Assembly: GCA_033761895.1 (NCBI GenBank)
Contig: JANRMD010000115.1
Location: 6,926 to 70,925 of the forward strand
Direction of reading: 5' to 3'
From: Pirellulaceae bacterium
Lineage (GTDB): Bacteria > Planctomycetota > Planctomycetia > Pirellulales > Pirellulaceae
Length of the DNA: 64,000 nucleotides
A model generated the notes under the pieces. It did no database searches. It was not told the DNA's origin and was given only the letters and a program-made list of their open reading frames with translations. Made by a program: the position numbers and the translations under genes. Below, piece after piece: positions 9,491 through 18,804 of the stretch. The first letter of the stretch is position 1. Each line of letters opens with the position of its first letter.

Positions 9491-12454
9491 TCATTGCCCA
9501 GGCGTCTTCAGGTCCTCGATGATGGTAGTGATCTTGTTCTTGACTGAGGTGGAGGTCTCTGGAGACGCTACGGACATGATCTTCTGATTGACCGCTCTAC
9601 CTAATTGCTGTTGTAACGAAGCGAGTTCGGAGAGTTCCTGCCAGCGTTGCTTGGGAGCATCCGAGCTGGCGGCTGCTTCTTGTTCGGCCAGTTCTTTAGC
9701 TGCTGTGTATAGACCAGATCGCAACAGCAAGTTGAAGGCCATGCCTGCTGGTACGGGTGCTGTTGAGTACTTACCTTCTTTGACTCGCCATTGGTAGATG
9801 ATCGGCATCACTTGCGTCAACTGTTCTTGATCAACCGGTTTCTCGGCGGAGATGGATTCCAAGACTAGGGAAGCGAGTGCGCACCATGCTGCGGAGCGTT
9901 GCAAATCGGCGAAGATCACATCCGCTTGGGCCGCTTGGCTGAAGTACTTGTAGGTTTGTGCCCAATCGGGATCACCAAACCGTTGTAAACCAACGATGTA
10001 GTTGAGAAGTTGGTGGTCGGGGATGATCTCATGGATGCGTTTCAGTGGTTTGTCGAGAGATGTAAACCCAGTTTCGATGGAGAGCAATTCCACAGCACCT
10101 GGAATCGCTTTGTATAGTTCGCCCATCCACGCAAATTGCTGCGGCACCATTGGGCTATTCTCGCCGTACTTCCGGGAGATCAGTATCCCCAAGGAATGCA
10201 TGATCTTCAGGAACTCAATCGTCGTCAGTGGGAACATTTGACCGTCGTCGGTTGACTGCATCGCGTTTTCGAAACTGGTGTACAGTTCTCCAATCGCATC
10301 AATCATTTCAACTTCTGCTTCGTAGCCGCCTTGTTTGCGAAGTGGATTGAGGGCTGTCGCGGCTTCGTCTTTATGGCCACACATCGCCAGCGAAAGTGCC
10401 TTCAGAAAGGCGAATCGAATATCGTTGGGGAACAGCCGCAGACCAAGATCAGCATCGTCGATCGCTTGTTGGACTCGCCCGACAATTGCGCAGGTAATCC
10501 CTCTTCTCGCCAGGGCATTGGAGTTGTAAGCGTCCGCCTCCAGGCAGTCGCCATAGAGTCGGATGCTATCGTCGGCTGATTTGGCAATTAGGGCAGCAGC
10601 GTAGGCCGCGTCGGACCGCGAAAGTTGGTTACTAGCCAGTGCCTGTTGAATCAGCTTATTACCGCTTGCATCTCGTTTGGTCATCAGCAGCATGTCGCCA
10701 AACAGTAGGTCGAACTGAGACTGTTCGGCTTCTGCGAGTTGTGTACGGTCAAGCTTTTCTGCTTCGGCGATGGCGGCCTGCATATCCTCTGAGAAGTAAA
10801 GGTCACGCACCAGCAGCAGCGACTGGGAACTGGTCATCATAAACTCGGGGTTGGTTTGCAGAGTGCGCATCGACTTCGCCGCTTCGCGATATTGTCCACG
10901 GCTGCGCGCAAGATTGGCTGAGCTAAGAAGTATCGCTTGATTGCTTTCTTGCAATTTGGAGTTGGCTTCTCGTTGTTCAACCAGCAGCTTCCGTTCGCTT
11001 TCAGCGCGTTTTTGTTCCCGAACGAACAGCACGCCCAGCAGAACCATGGCGATCATCGATCCCACACCGATGGATGAGCTAACCGCCTGATGTTGACGGA
11101 TCCAGCGGCCCGCCTTTGCGCTTAGCGGTTCCTGCATGGCGTCAATGGCCTGATCATCTAACCATCGCTGCACATCATCGCGTAGTTCTCGGACCGAACG
11201 GTAACGCTCAGAACTTTCGTTCTTAAGTGCCTTCTTGCAGATAAATGCCAGTTGCTTTGGTATGTCGTTGCGGGCATCTCTTGGACTGTGGTTTTGCAAA
11301 TCGGCAATTTGTTTCAGAGCACGGTCGATGTTCCGCGTCGACTCAATCGGCGGTTTGCCGACTAGCACATGGTACAAAGTTGCCCCTAGGCTATAGACAT
11401 CCGAAGCAGGCACCATGCGATCGAGTTCACCGCGCAGTTGCTCGGGAGGCGCGTAAACGATAGTGCCCACGACGCTGCCATGACGCGTTGCAGAATCCCA
11501 GTCGTCGCTTTGGATTGTCGGTTCTTGGAGGCCAGGCAGGCTTGAATCGGATACCGACACGGGGCTGGTCGGAAGCGGTTTGGCTAGTCCCCAGTCGACG
11601 ACCAGGGTTTCACCGTGATTGCCAAGCATAATATTGTCAGGTTTGAGATCCCGATGGAGGACTCCGCGTTCGTGCGCATACTCCACGGCATTGCAAACAT
11701 CGATAAATCGCCGTAGCAGTTGCCGCAATTCGGGCGAATCAAAAGTCGTCTTGCTTGATTTCAGATTGTGGTGGAAAGATTCGATTCTCTTGCTTAAGCT
11801 CTCGCCGCGAATAAATCGCATCGCATAGAAGGGACGACCAAAGCCGTCGGTGCCAAGCGCATAAATGGGGACGATCCCAGGATGCTCAAGCTGCCCGGTT
11901 AACTCCGCCTCGCGTTGAAATTTTTGGCGGTAAATGGCTTCGTCAGCTTTGTCGTCGCGAATTTGCTTCAGTGCAACTTGCCGACGCAATTGATCATCCT
12001 GTGCCTTGTAGACGATACCAAGACCACCACGGGCTACTTCATTGACAATCGAGAATCGCTCCATCGTCGAGTGTCCAGCGGCGGTTGGCTTTTTGCTAGA
12101 ACCCAAAGGAACTGTGTCGAGGCTATGACGAGTCGCGTCGAGAGTCTTGGAAAGAACCGTTCGCTCGACTCCCTCACTCTTGGCGACTTCAAAGAGCTGA
12201 TCACAGAGTTCGGCGACTGATGGCAGATTGGCAATCGATGCTTCATCGCTGCCAAACTTGCCCTGTAAACGTTCGACGAGCGTTATGAGCAGATCGTGAT
12301 CCTGCTGCGAAAGATAACCCTCCGCGACTAGAATGCCACCGAGGCTCGACGAAGGATTCTTGCTCCATTGTGAAAAGGCTTTGAGCAGTTGGTCGCGTTT
12401 GACGAACTCGTTCAGAAAAGCCAACAAGCCAAACAATAGGTTCTGTGACAGCAT
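9491..12454 (-). CDS. Ser/Thr protein kinase (Hanks type) with TM and C-terminal TPR-like region
   Basis: ARGGLGIVY, VALKQI, HRDLKPDNIML, DWGLAK and SDVYSLG motifs; TM SIGVGSMIAMVLLGVLF; helical Ala-rich repeats. Confidence 0.92.
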   Translation of the reverse strand: MLSQNLLFGLLAFLNEFVKRDQLLKAFSQWSKNPSSSLGGILVAEGYLSQQDHDLLITLVERLQGKFGSDEASIANLPSVAELCDQLFEVAKSEGVERTVLSKTLDATRHSLDTVPLGSSKKPTAAGHSTMERFSIVNEVARGGLGIVYKAQDDQLRRQVALKQIRDDKADEAIYRQKFQREAELTGQLEHPGIVPIYALGTDGFGRPFYAMRFIRGESLSKRIESFHHNLKSSKTTFDSPELRQLLRRFIDVCNAVEYAHERGVLHRDLKPDNIMLGNHGETLVVDWGLAKPLPTSPVSVSDSSLPGLQEPTIQSDDWDSATRHGSVVGTIVYAPPEQLRGELDRMVPASDVYSLGATLYHVLVGKPPIESTRNIDRALKQIADLQNHSPRDARNDIPKQLAFICKKALKNESSERYRSVRELRDDVQRWLDDQAIDAMQEPLSAKAGRWIRQHQAVSSSIGVGSMIAMVLLGVLFVREQKRAESERKLLVEQREANSKLQESNQAILLSSANLARSRGQYREAAKSMRTLQTNPEFMMTSSQSLLLVRDLYFSEDMQAAIAEAEKLDRTQLAEAEQSQFDLLFGDMLLMTKRDASGNKLIQQALASNQLSRSDAAYAAALIAKSADDSIRLYGDCLEADAYNSNALARRGITCAIVGRVQQAIDDADLGLRLFPNDIRFAFLKALSLAMCGHKDEAATALNPLRKQGGYEAEVEMIDAIGELYTSFENAMQSTDDGQMFPLTTIEFLKIMHSLGILISRKYGENSPMVPQQFAWMGELYKAIPGAVELLSIETGFTSLDKPLKRIHEIIPDHQLLNYIVGLQRFGDPDWAQTYKYFSQAAQADVIFADLQRSAAWCALASLVLESISAEKPVDQEQLTQVMPIIYQWRVKEGKYSTAPVPAGMAFNLLLRSGLYTAAKELAEQEAAASSDAPKQRWQELSELASLQQQLGRAVNQKIMSVASPETSTSVKNKITTIIEDLKTPGQ

Positions 12455-12525
12455 CTTTTACCCCAAGCCAGTTATCAGGAACGGGGCATTTTACAGTCTG
12501 TTTGAAGATATTGTCAGCTACTGTC

Positions 12526-12548
12526 GTAGCCTAGGCATCCTGCCTGGG
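12526..12548 (+). repeat. GTAG-type REP family A copy
   Basis: Identical to 5141-5163. Confidence 0.8.
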
Positions 12549-12703
12549 TTTTGCATTGGTTTCCTGGCCGTTGCTGCGTGACATGTAACGCCAATGCAGA
12601 ACCCCGAGCGCTTTGATCGTTCGTGCACACGATCAAGGCGCTCGGGGTTCAGATTACCGTTGCTATGTTGTCTAGATCAAGCAAGCAGACTTAGCCTGCC
12701 GAA

Positions 12704-13504
12704 CTATTGCTCATCGCTTTCCATACCCAGTCGCATGCACAGCGTCTGGAATTCGTCGAACAGTTTATCGCTGCTGGTGTGGACGTGTTCGGCTTCGGTG
12801 ATGAAGCGAATGTCTTTGTCGATATAGACATCGTGGCTGATCAAGACACGTTCAAAGCTCTCAAGCGGTGAACCGTAGGAGATGATCATCTTGTGTTCGT
12901 CAAACTGCACTTCTTGCTGGCGTTTGGGATTGAGTACAGCGATGCCGGTGCAGCCATCGTTGAGTAGCATGTCTTCGAAATCGTAGAGAATGCTCTTCAG
13001 GACTGGCATGTCGATATGTTCGCGATAGTGGTCTTGATGACCGCCTGAATGATAGTGGCTGGTTTCGAGTACGACGTCGACGACGGGGCCCAGTGTGTCG
13101 ATCATATCGATGAATAGGTCGAATAAGCGTTCGCTTGAGGCGGCAGCAAGAATGACTGGAACTTTGGCCTTGGAGGTTGGATCGACATATACGTCATGGC
13201 GAAAGCCTTGTCGCGGGACGACTTGCAGACCAACCGATGGTCGAATCGCATCGGTTAAATCGAACGCACCGTAACGAAATACTTCCAGATGCGCTTCTAG
13301 TTGCTCATCCGACAAGCTCCCGAAACTCGTAAGTGCGTCTGGCGCCGACGAAGTAACAGGAGTCGAATTGCTTTGCTGGGAGCGTTGCTGCGAACCCATG
13401 GGAATCTCACTTGCCATTTCCGGGGAATGTTTTCCTCGCGTTCCGCTCTGTATCCAATGGGACAATTGAGGCACGGAAGTCGGAGGTGTTATTGCTGTCT
13501 GCAT
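12704..13504 (-). CDS. Hypothetical protein (acidic; low-complexity N-terminus)
   Basis: 266-aa ORF fills the gap between genes. The globular C-terminal part reads VVDVVLETSH...LNDGCTGIA...FDEHK...AEHVH. Function not recognised. Confidence 0.7.
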   Translation of the reverse strand: MQTAITPPTSVPQLSHWIQSGTRGKHSPEMASEIPMGSQQRSQQSNSTPVTSSAPDALTSFGSLSDEQLEAHLEVFRYGAFDLTDAIRPSVGLQVVPRQGFRHDVYVDPTSKAKVPVILAAASSERLFDLFIDMIDTLGPVVDVVLETSHYHSGGHQDHYREHIDMPVLKSILYDFEDMLLNDGCTGIAVLNPKRQQEVQFDEHKMIISYGSPLESFERVLISHDVYIDKDIRFITEAEHVHTSSDKLFDEFQTLCMRLGMESDEQ

Positions 13505-13766
13505 TGCGGGTGACCGTTTTTGCAGATAACTAAAACTAGGTCAGCTTCTGGCAAAGCGTCTGTTTTGCCAGAAACTTGTCCACTTTCCTGATGGCTTGAG
13601 GCGGTAAACTTGATGCTAATCGCTACAATCGGACCCCCTTGTTTCCCCAGTTATGCAATTGGTTGCGTATTTGCAACAGTTGACTAAAGGCGTCAGGGCG
13701 ACCAAGGTTGAAACTCGCAAGTACAATGACTGAAGGATTTCACAAGCACCAAGCGAGAATTGAAGC

Positions 13767-15395
13767 ATGCAAATTGAATTTACTAGATCGAGTAGACAGT
13801 TGATTCCGTGTTGGACTGTGGGCATGCTGGTCGTCATTACTCTAGTCGGAGGTTGTGACAATCGGACAGTCATAGTACCGCCGGAAGAGAGTGGCATCCT
13901 CCCGCCTGAGAATCCGACGAAAGTTGTCATTGAACCCCAGAAGGCAGAAGTGATTCTTGCTGGTCAACAGCCATGGTTGAGGAAACAAGCCCTGCCCCTC
14001 ACTCGCTGGTATGCACAGTATTTGAATGCCAACACCATTGGGTTTACGGAATTCACGATTAATGCCGCTGAAACTCAGACCAATCTATTTCATTTAACTA
14101 AACGCGACGTCCTCGAGGTTGCTTCGACCTCAGGCGGGCAAATTCGTCGGCGTGAAATCGTCCACGACTCGCTGGAACGTGAGGACGGCAAGTTGTTTAG
14201 TTACACCGAAGATTCGAATGTCGATGGCAGTGTTTCTGAAACGGTGGCGAGAATTGAACGCGAGATGTTGACGATCACTAAAACTGCTGATGGCAAAACC
14301 ACAAGCAAAAGCTTGCCATGGCCTGCCGGAACATGGGGGCCCTTGGGTACCATTGCAATTCTGCAAGTGAGACCGATGCAACCTGGCGAATTTCGCGAGG
14401 CCATGATTTTCGTGCCGCAACTGGAAAAAGTCGTCAAAGTTGAGTTGAAAAGCAAGAAGGTAGAACCCACTCCACTGCCCGGCGGAGTGTCGAAAGAGTT
14501 GCTGTTAGTTGAAACGAGATTCATCGTAGATGGTGAATCTGTATTGACGAAAAACTGGGTGAACGAAGCTGGCGAGATTATCAAGTCGGTCAGCCGCGGC
14601 GGCTACACGATGTTCCAAACCACGCGCGAGGAAGCGGAGCGTATCGATGGCTCGATCCGAGCGGCACAGCTGATTGATACCAAGTTACCTGTACAAGCAA
14701 CGGTAGAACAACTGCGGGCGAGCAAAGTGACCTTCTCGATCGACTCCGCGAATGTGGATCCCTTTGGTTTGCTTTCAGGCAAAGTCAATCAGCAGATCAC
14801 TTCGCTCAGTTCGCTGGGGGCGACCGTCACGGTTCACCGTGTGATTCCGTCGGCTCCGGTCCCAGAGGGGGGCGCACAGGATCCGCCTGAGGAAGCGTGT
14901 CTTGCGAAATTTGAACCCGAAGCAATACACGTGCAGAAGTTTCTCAGCGAGTTTCCCAACACGTCGGAGGATGCTTTAGCGACAGCATCGACATTGACCG
15001 CAGGTGTTTTTCGAAAGCTTGAGAAAGCACCCCTTTCGCGCAGAGTTTGCATGCCAGACCATGCGCTCAAGGAAGGTAAGGGCGACTGCGTAGCTCACGC
15101 GATTTTGCTGTTGGCTGCTTTGAGGGAACGGGGCATCCCGGCGCGTGTAGCCAGCGGATTGCGAATTCTAAAGGAGAAAGATAGCACTCAGCTTTCTGCG
15201 ATCTATCACATGTGGTGCGAAGCTTGGGTGGGCGATCGGTGGATGCCACTTGATCCTTTTGCGGGAACGATTGGAGTGGGGGCGGACCATATCAAGTTTT
15301 CAGAGTCGTCCCTGCATGACAAGAGTCCCATGAACATGATGCTGGAAGTTCTGCAAAACATGAAGCAGTTCACGATCGCAGTTAAGCCGCAGTGA
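13767..15395 (+). CDS. Transglutaminase-like domain lipoprotein
   Basis: Lipobox-like LVGGC; catalytic triad GDCVAH...YHMW...PLDP; RGIPARVASGL. Confidence 0.85.
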   Translation: MQIEFTRSSRQLIPCWTVGMLVVITLVGGCDNRTVIVPPEESGILPPENPTKVVIEPQKAEVILAGQQPWLRKQALPLTRWYAQYLNANTIGFTEFTINAAETQTNLFHLTKRDVLEVASTSGGQIRRREIVHDSLEREDGKLFSYTEDSNVDGSVSETVARIEREMLTITKTADGKTTSKSLPWPAGTWGPLGTIAILQVRPMQPGEFREAMIFVPQLEKVVKVELKSKKVEPTPLPGGVSKELLLVETRFIVDGESVLTKNWVNEAGEIIKSVSRGGYTMFQTTREEAERIDGSIRAAQLIDTKLPVQATVEQLRASKVTFSIDSANVDPFGLLSGKVNQQITSLSSLGATVTVHRVIPSAPVPEGGAQDPPEEACLAKFEPEAIHVQKFLSEFPNTSEDALATASTLTAGVFRKLEKAPLSRRVCMPDHALKEGKGDCVAHAILLLAALRERGIPARVASGLRILKEKDSTQLSAIYHMWCEAWVGDRWMPLDPFAGTIGVGADHIKFSESSLHDKSPMNMMLEVLQNMKQFTIAVKPQ

Positions 15396-15430
15396 CGGTC
15401 CCAGTGAAAGTCTTAGCAAAGCACTCTGGG

Positions 15431-16837
15431 CTACGAACCCACCTGCGCGATGTGATGCCAAAGGTGCCCTGAGGCTCGTATGCCGCGATAGAAATCCGCA
15501 ATGCAGAATTTCTCATTCGGGCTATGCGCACCGTCGTCGTCGAGTCCCCAGCCGAGCAGCAACACATTTGCGCCCAGTCGTTCCACCATCGCAGCGACGA
15601 TTGGAATCGAACCACCTTCCCGAATGAGTACCGCAGGCTTTCCAAAGGCGTTAGCCACTGCGGATTGAGCCGCTGCGATGAAGGGGCTGTGAGGATCTAC
15701 AACCACGCCCGGCCCACCGTGAAGATCGATCAGTTCGATACGAATGCCGGCGGGAGTGTTATGCGAGATAAATTGCCGCAGTTGCTCGGTGATTTCGGCC
15801 GGTTTTTGGTTGGGAACTAAACGGAAGCTGATCTTCGCACCAGCGGAAGCCGGGATGATCGTTTTGCCTCCTTCGCCTTGATAACCGCTCCACAAACCAT
15901 GAACATCGTAAGTTGGTCTTGCCCAGCGACGTTCAAGGGTCGTAAAGCCAGCTTCGCCGTTGAGCGCGTCCACACCCATCTGCTTGGCAAACGCATCGTC
16001 ACTAAAGTTCAAGCTTTGCCACATCTTGCGTTCGGAGGCTTCCAGTGGCTTAACGGAGTCGTAAAAGCCGGGCAACTGGATACGGCCCTGGTCGTCGACG
16101 ATCTTGGCGAGAAACTTTGAAAGTGCGATCGCTGGATTGTTGATTGCTCCGCCAAAACTACCCGAATGCAAGTCTTGCTTCGGCCCATAGAAGTGCAACT
16201 GATAGTACGCGATGCCGCGCAGGCCATAGGTGATGGCTGGCTGGCCGACGGCGTACTGCGAAGAATCGCTGATCACAACCACATCGCATGCCAGTCGTTC
16301 GCGAGCTTCTTCAGATTGAAGGTATTTGGCCAGTTGAGCACTGCCGACCTCCTCCTCGCCTTCGATCAAGAATTTGACTTGCAATGGCAGCGGTTGGCCG
16401 GTGGCGGCCCAAGCAGCGGCCCCCAAGACGTGGGTGAGCATTTGCCCTTTGTCGTCCGTCGCTCCCCGAGCGTAGAGGTTCCCATCGCGCTCCTGAGGGT
16501 CAAATGGGGGTGTGATCCACTTTTCCAGAGGTTCCGGGGGCTGGACATCATAGTGGCCGTAGACGAGGGCAACCGGCTTGCCTGGGACCGCGGGGCTTTC
16601 GGCATAAACCAATGGCGGCCCATCGGTAGGAATCAGCTCAACCCGGAAATTGGCGGCCGCCAAAGTGTCGCGCACCCGTTCGGCGGCAGTCAGCATGGCG
16701 GATTTCGAGCCCGGATCCGCGCTAATGCTAGGAATGCGAAGCAGGGATTTAAGTTGATCTAAGTGATTGGGTTGACTTTGCTCAAGATGCCGGTCAATTG
16801 CTGTTAAGTCGGTCATTTCGTGGGTTTTCTGGTTCAT
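15431..16837 (-). CDS. M20 family dipeptidase (ArgE/DapE-like)
   Basis: YGHYDVQP, RGATDDKGQ, EGEEEVGS, GGSIP and AHSPNEK motifs. Confidence 0.92.
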   Translation of the reverse strand: MNQKTHEMTDLTAIDRHLEQSQPNHLDQLKSLLRIPSISADPGSKSAMLTAAERVRDTLAAANFRVELIPTDGPPLVYAESPAVPGKPVALVYGHYDVQPPEPLEKWITPPFDPQERDGNLYARGATDDKGQMLTHVLGAAAWAATGQPLPLQVKFLIEGEEEVGSAQLAKYLQSEEARERLACDVVVISDSSQYAVGQPAITYGLRGIAYYQLHFYGPKQDLHSGSFGGAINNPAIALSKFLAKIVDDQGRIQLPGFYDSVKPLEASERKMWQSLNFSDDAFAKQMGVDALNGEAGFTTLERRWARPTYDVHGLWSGYQGEGGKTIIPASAGAKISFRLVPNQKPAEITEQLRQFISHNTPAGIRIELIDLHGGPGVVVDPHSPFIAAAQSAVANAFGKPAVLIREGGSIPIVAAMVERLGANVLLLGWGLDDDGAHSPNEKFCIADFYRGIRASGHLWHHIAQVGS

Positions 16838-16860
16838 TTAATAACGAAAGAGCTTGATAT

Positions 16861-17051
16861 ACCACCCAGGCTATGCGTTACAATATAACTGATACGATAC
16901 CTGCAAGGATTCCCCCGAATGAACCGCGAATGCCCACTTCGGCAGCGAATCCGACGGCGTAGTTTACAGCGTCACCATGCACAGCTGAACTGTCGCTTGA
17001 TTGTGGGTAGTGAACATCGTACAGTTCGACGTCAATGGCTACTTGGGTAGG
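16861..17051 (+). ncRNA. Candidate 6S RNA (ssrS)-like long hairpin
   Basis: The ends pair (CCACCCAG/CTTGGGTAGG; GCTAT/ATGGC). Inner stems are AACTGATACGAT/ATCGTACAGTT, TGCCCAC/GTGGGTA and AGCGA/TCGCT, around an asymmetric internal bubble. Length is ~190 nt. All wobble pairs are G-U on the + strand. Not confirmed by a covariance model. Confidence 0.5.
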
Positions 17052-17079
17052 CCAGAGTTTGTAGGAGGAGCGGAGAGCG

Positions 17080-17424
17080 ATGGCTGAATCTGATAGTGCT
17101 GTTATGGAACCGGAAGTTTTTACAAGTCGTAAACCGGCGCCTACTAGGCCCAAGCAACAACCCAGGTATCACGTCATATTGTGGGACGACCCCGACCATA
17201 CGTTCGATTACGTCATCATGATGACGCAGCAGTTGTTTGGCGTCACCTTCGAACGAGCCATGCAGCTAGCCAAAGAAGTTGATACCGCAGGCCGGGCTGT
17301 TTGTTTGACCACTACCAAAGAACACGCTGAATTGAAACGCGATCAGATTCATGCGTTCGGTAAAGACCCACTCCTAGCAAGATGCTCAGGCAGTATGACC
17401 GCCAGCATCGAACCCGAGTGTTAA
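17080..17424 (+). CDS. clpS: ATP-dependent Clp protease adaptor ClpS
   Basis: PRYHVILWDDPDHTFDYV...VDTAGRAVC...EHAELKRDQI; strong RBS AGGAGG upstream. Confidence 0.92.
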   Translation: MAESDSAVMEPEVFTSRKPAPTRPKQQPRYHVILWDDPDHTFDYVIMMTQQLFGVTFERAMQLAKEVDTAGRAVCLTTTKEHAELKRDQIHAFGKDPLLARCSGSMTASIEPEC

Positions 17425-17434
17425 GTACTTTCAC

Positions 17435-17457
17435 GTAGCCTAGGCTTCCAGCCTGGG
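17435..17457 (+). repeat. GTAG-type REP family A copy (GTAGCCTAGGCTTCCAGCCTGGG)
   Basis: Two substitutions relative to 5141, both in the loop; located just after the clpS stop. Confidence 0.75.
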
Positions 17458-17588
17458 TCTGCTGCCCTCGTTACCTGCTGAACCCTTTTTGCCTAGCTGT
17501 TTCAATTCCAAATTGCCCTCCCGAGCGAACCGAACGCTCGGGACAAATGGTCCCAATCTACAATCCCTCTCGAGCCAACTAGAATTGC

Positions 17589-18557
17589 TCACTTGGACTT
17601 CACAAGCTCCCGCGCCTCAGCATCCAACTTCGCAGCTTTGGCCTCGGCTTCTTCTAGCGGTAACCCCGCTGCGATCCCAGGCCGAACATGCTTGGTCAAC
17701 GTAAGCCATGCGAGCTTGAGTGTGTTTTGCTTTTCACGCACCAGTGCCGCAATCTCTTTCGCTTTGGGATGATCGGGCAAACCATTCGCTTCGATTTTTA
17801 GCCCCCAAGCATCGGCTAAGGGCGCTGCCACTACCACTTGTCCCTCAGCATTTGGATGAACACCATCGCCGGCAAACGTAAAGTTCGGTGCATCTTTGCG
17901 TTTGGCTGCTAGCGCTCGTTTGACAGAGCCGTGCACATCAAGCACCTGCCAACCGTCCGCTTTTCGACTGAGCAGCCATTGCGAGTACGCTTCTAGCACA
18001 TCGTCGTAACCTTCATACGGCTGCGGGTAACTGTCCAGTCCCGCAGGCAGCAATCTAGCTTTGATGGGTAGCGGATCAAAGAGTGCAGGTGTCAGGTGAA
18101 GGATCTTAGCGCCTCGGGACTCGACGGCCTTGTGCAGACGTTCAATGCCGGATTTGAACTTCGCAAAGCGATCTTCACTCAGTGGATAGTAAATGCCATC
18201 GTTCATTCCGTAACAGGCAATCACCAAGTCGGGTTTCGTTTTTTCTAGCACCCTCTCGAGCCGTTCGTGCAGATCGGGTCGAGGAAACTGGCCGCCAGCA
18301 TGCCCGGGCTCGGACAAACCCGAAGTGGTTTCGCTGGGCAGGCCGAGGTTAAGCAGTTCGATACGGCGCTGCGGATATTGAACGATCAACGCCGTCTCGA
18401 TCGCATCGATGTAGCCACCGGCGTGCGTGATGCTGTCGCCAAGAAAGACAACGCGTTTGACCTCCGGTGGTGCTGCTTTGTCCTGCGCGGAGGTCCGATC
18501 GTTGGCCAAACAAACTAAGGCACCTACTAGGCCAATAAGTGTTAAATTGAGTCGCAT
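17589..18557 (-). CDS. SGNH/GDSL hydrolase family protein (exported)
   Basis: FLGDSIT, GMNDG and DGVHP blocks; signal peptide from ATG 18557. Confidence 0.9.
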   Translation of the reverse strand: MRLNLTLIGLVGALVCLANDRTSAQDKAAPPEVKRVVFLGDSITHAGGYIDAIETALIVQYPQRRIELLNLGLPSETTSGLSEPGHAGGQFPRPDLHERLERVLEKTKPDLVIACYGMNDGIYYPLSEDRFAKFKSGIERLHKAVESRGAKILHLTPALFDPLPIKARLLPAGLDSYPQPYEGYDDVLEAYSQWLLSRKADGWQVLDVHGSVKRALAAKRKDAPNFTFAGDGVHPNAEGQVVVAAPLADAWGLKIEANGLPDHPKAKEIAALVREKQNTLKLAWLTLTKHVRPGIAAGLPLEEAEAKAAKLDAEARELVKSK

Positions 18558-18804
18558 GCTGATACTTCTTTGAAAAGCTGTCACGGAAGGTTGTTTGGGT
18601 AGCTGTCTTGATAAACACATGCTATTTGAAACCGCCTTGGGTTCCCCCCGAATTGTTCGATCAGCATACCAAATTTTTGATCAGAAACGCAGTTCTTGAA
18701 CGCTCTCAGCGCCCTTCCAATCGGTAGACATCGGGACCGGTACATGTTCCAATGTCGGTGACTTTATGGCATTAAACGGATTCTAGACCGATGGAGACGG
18801 ACGA

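Noticed and set aside
16854-16884. TTGATA...TACAAT as a clpS promoter
   Set aside because: The spacer is 19 bp and the site overlaps the 5' stem of the candidate ncRNA. It cannot be supported without TSS data.
16878-17153. 91-aa minus-strand ORF
   Set aside because: It overlaps clpS in antisense, has no recognisable motif, and the region is better explained by RNA structure.
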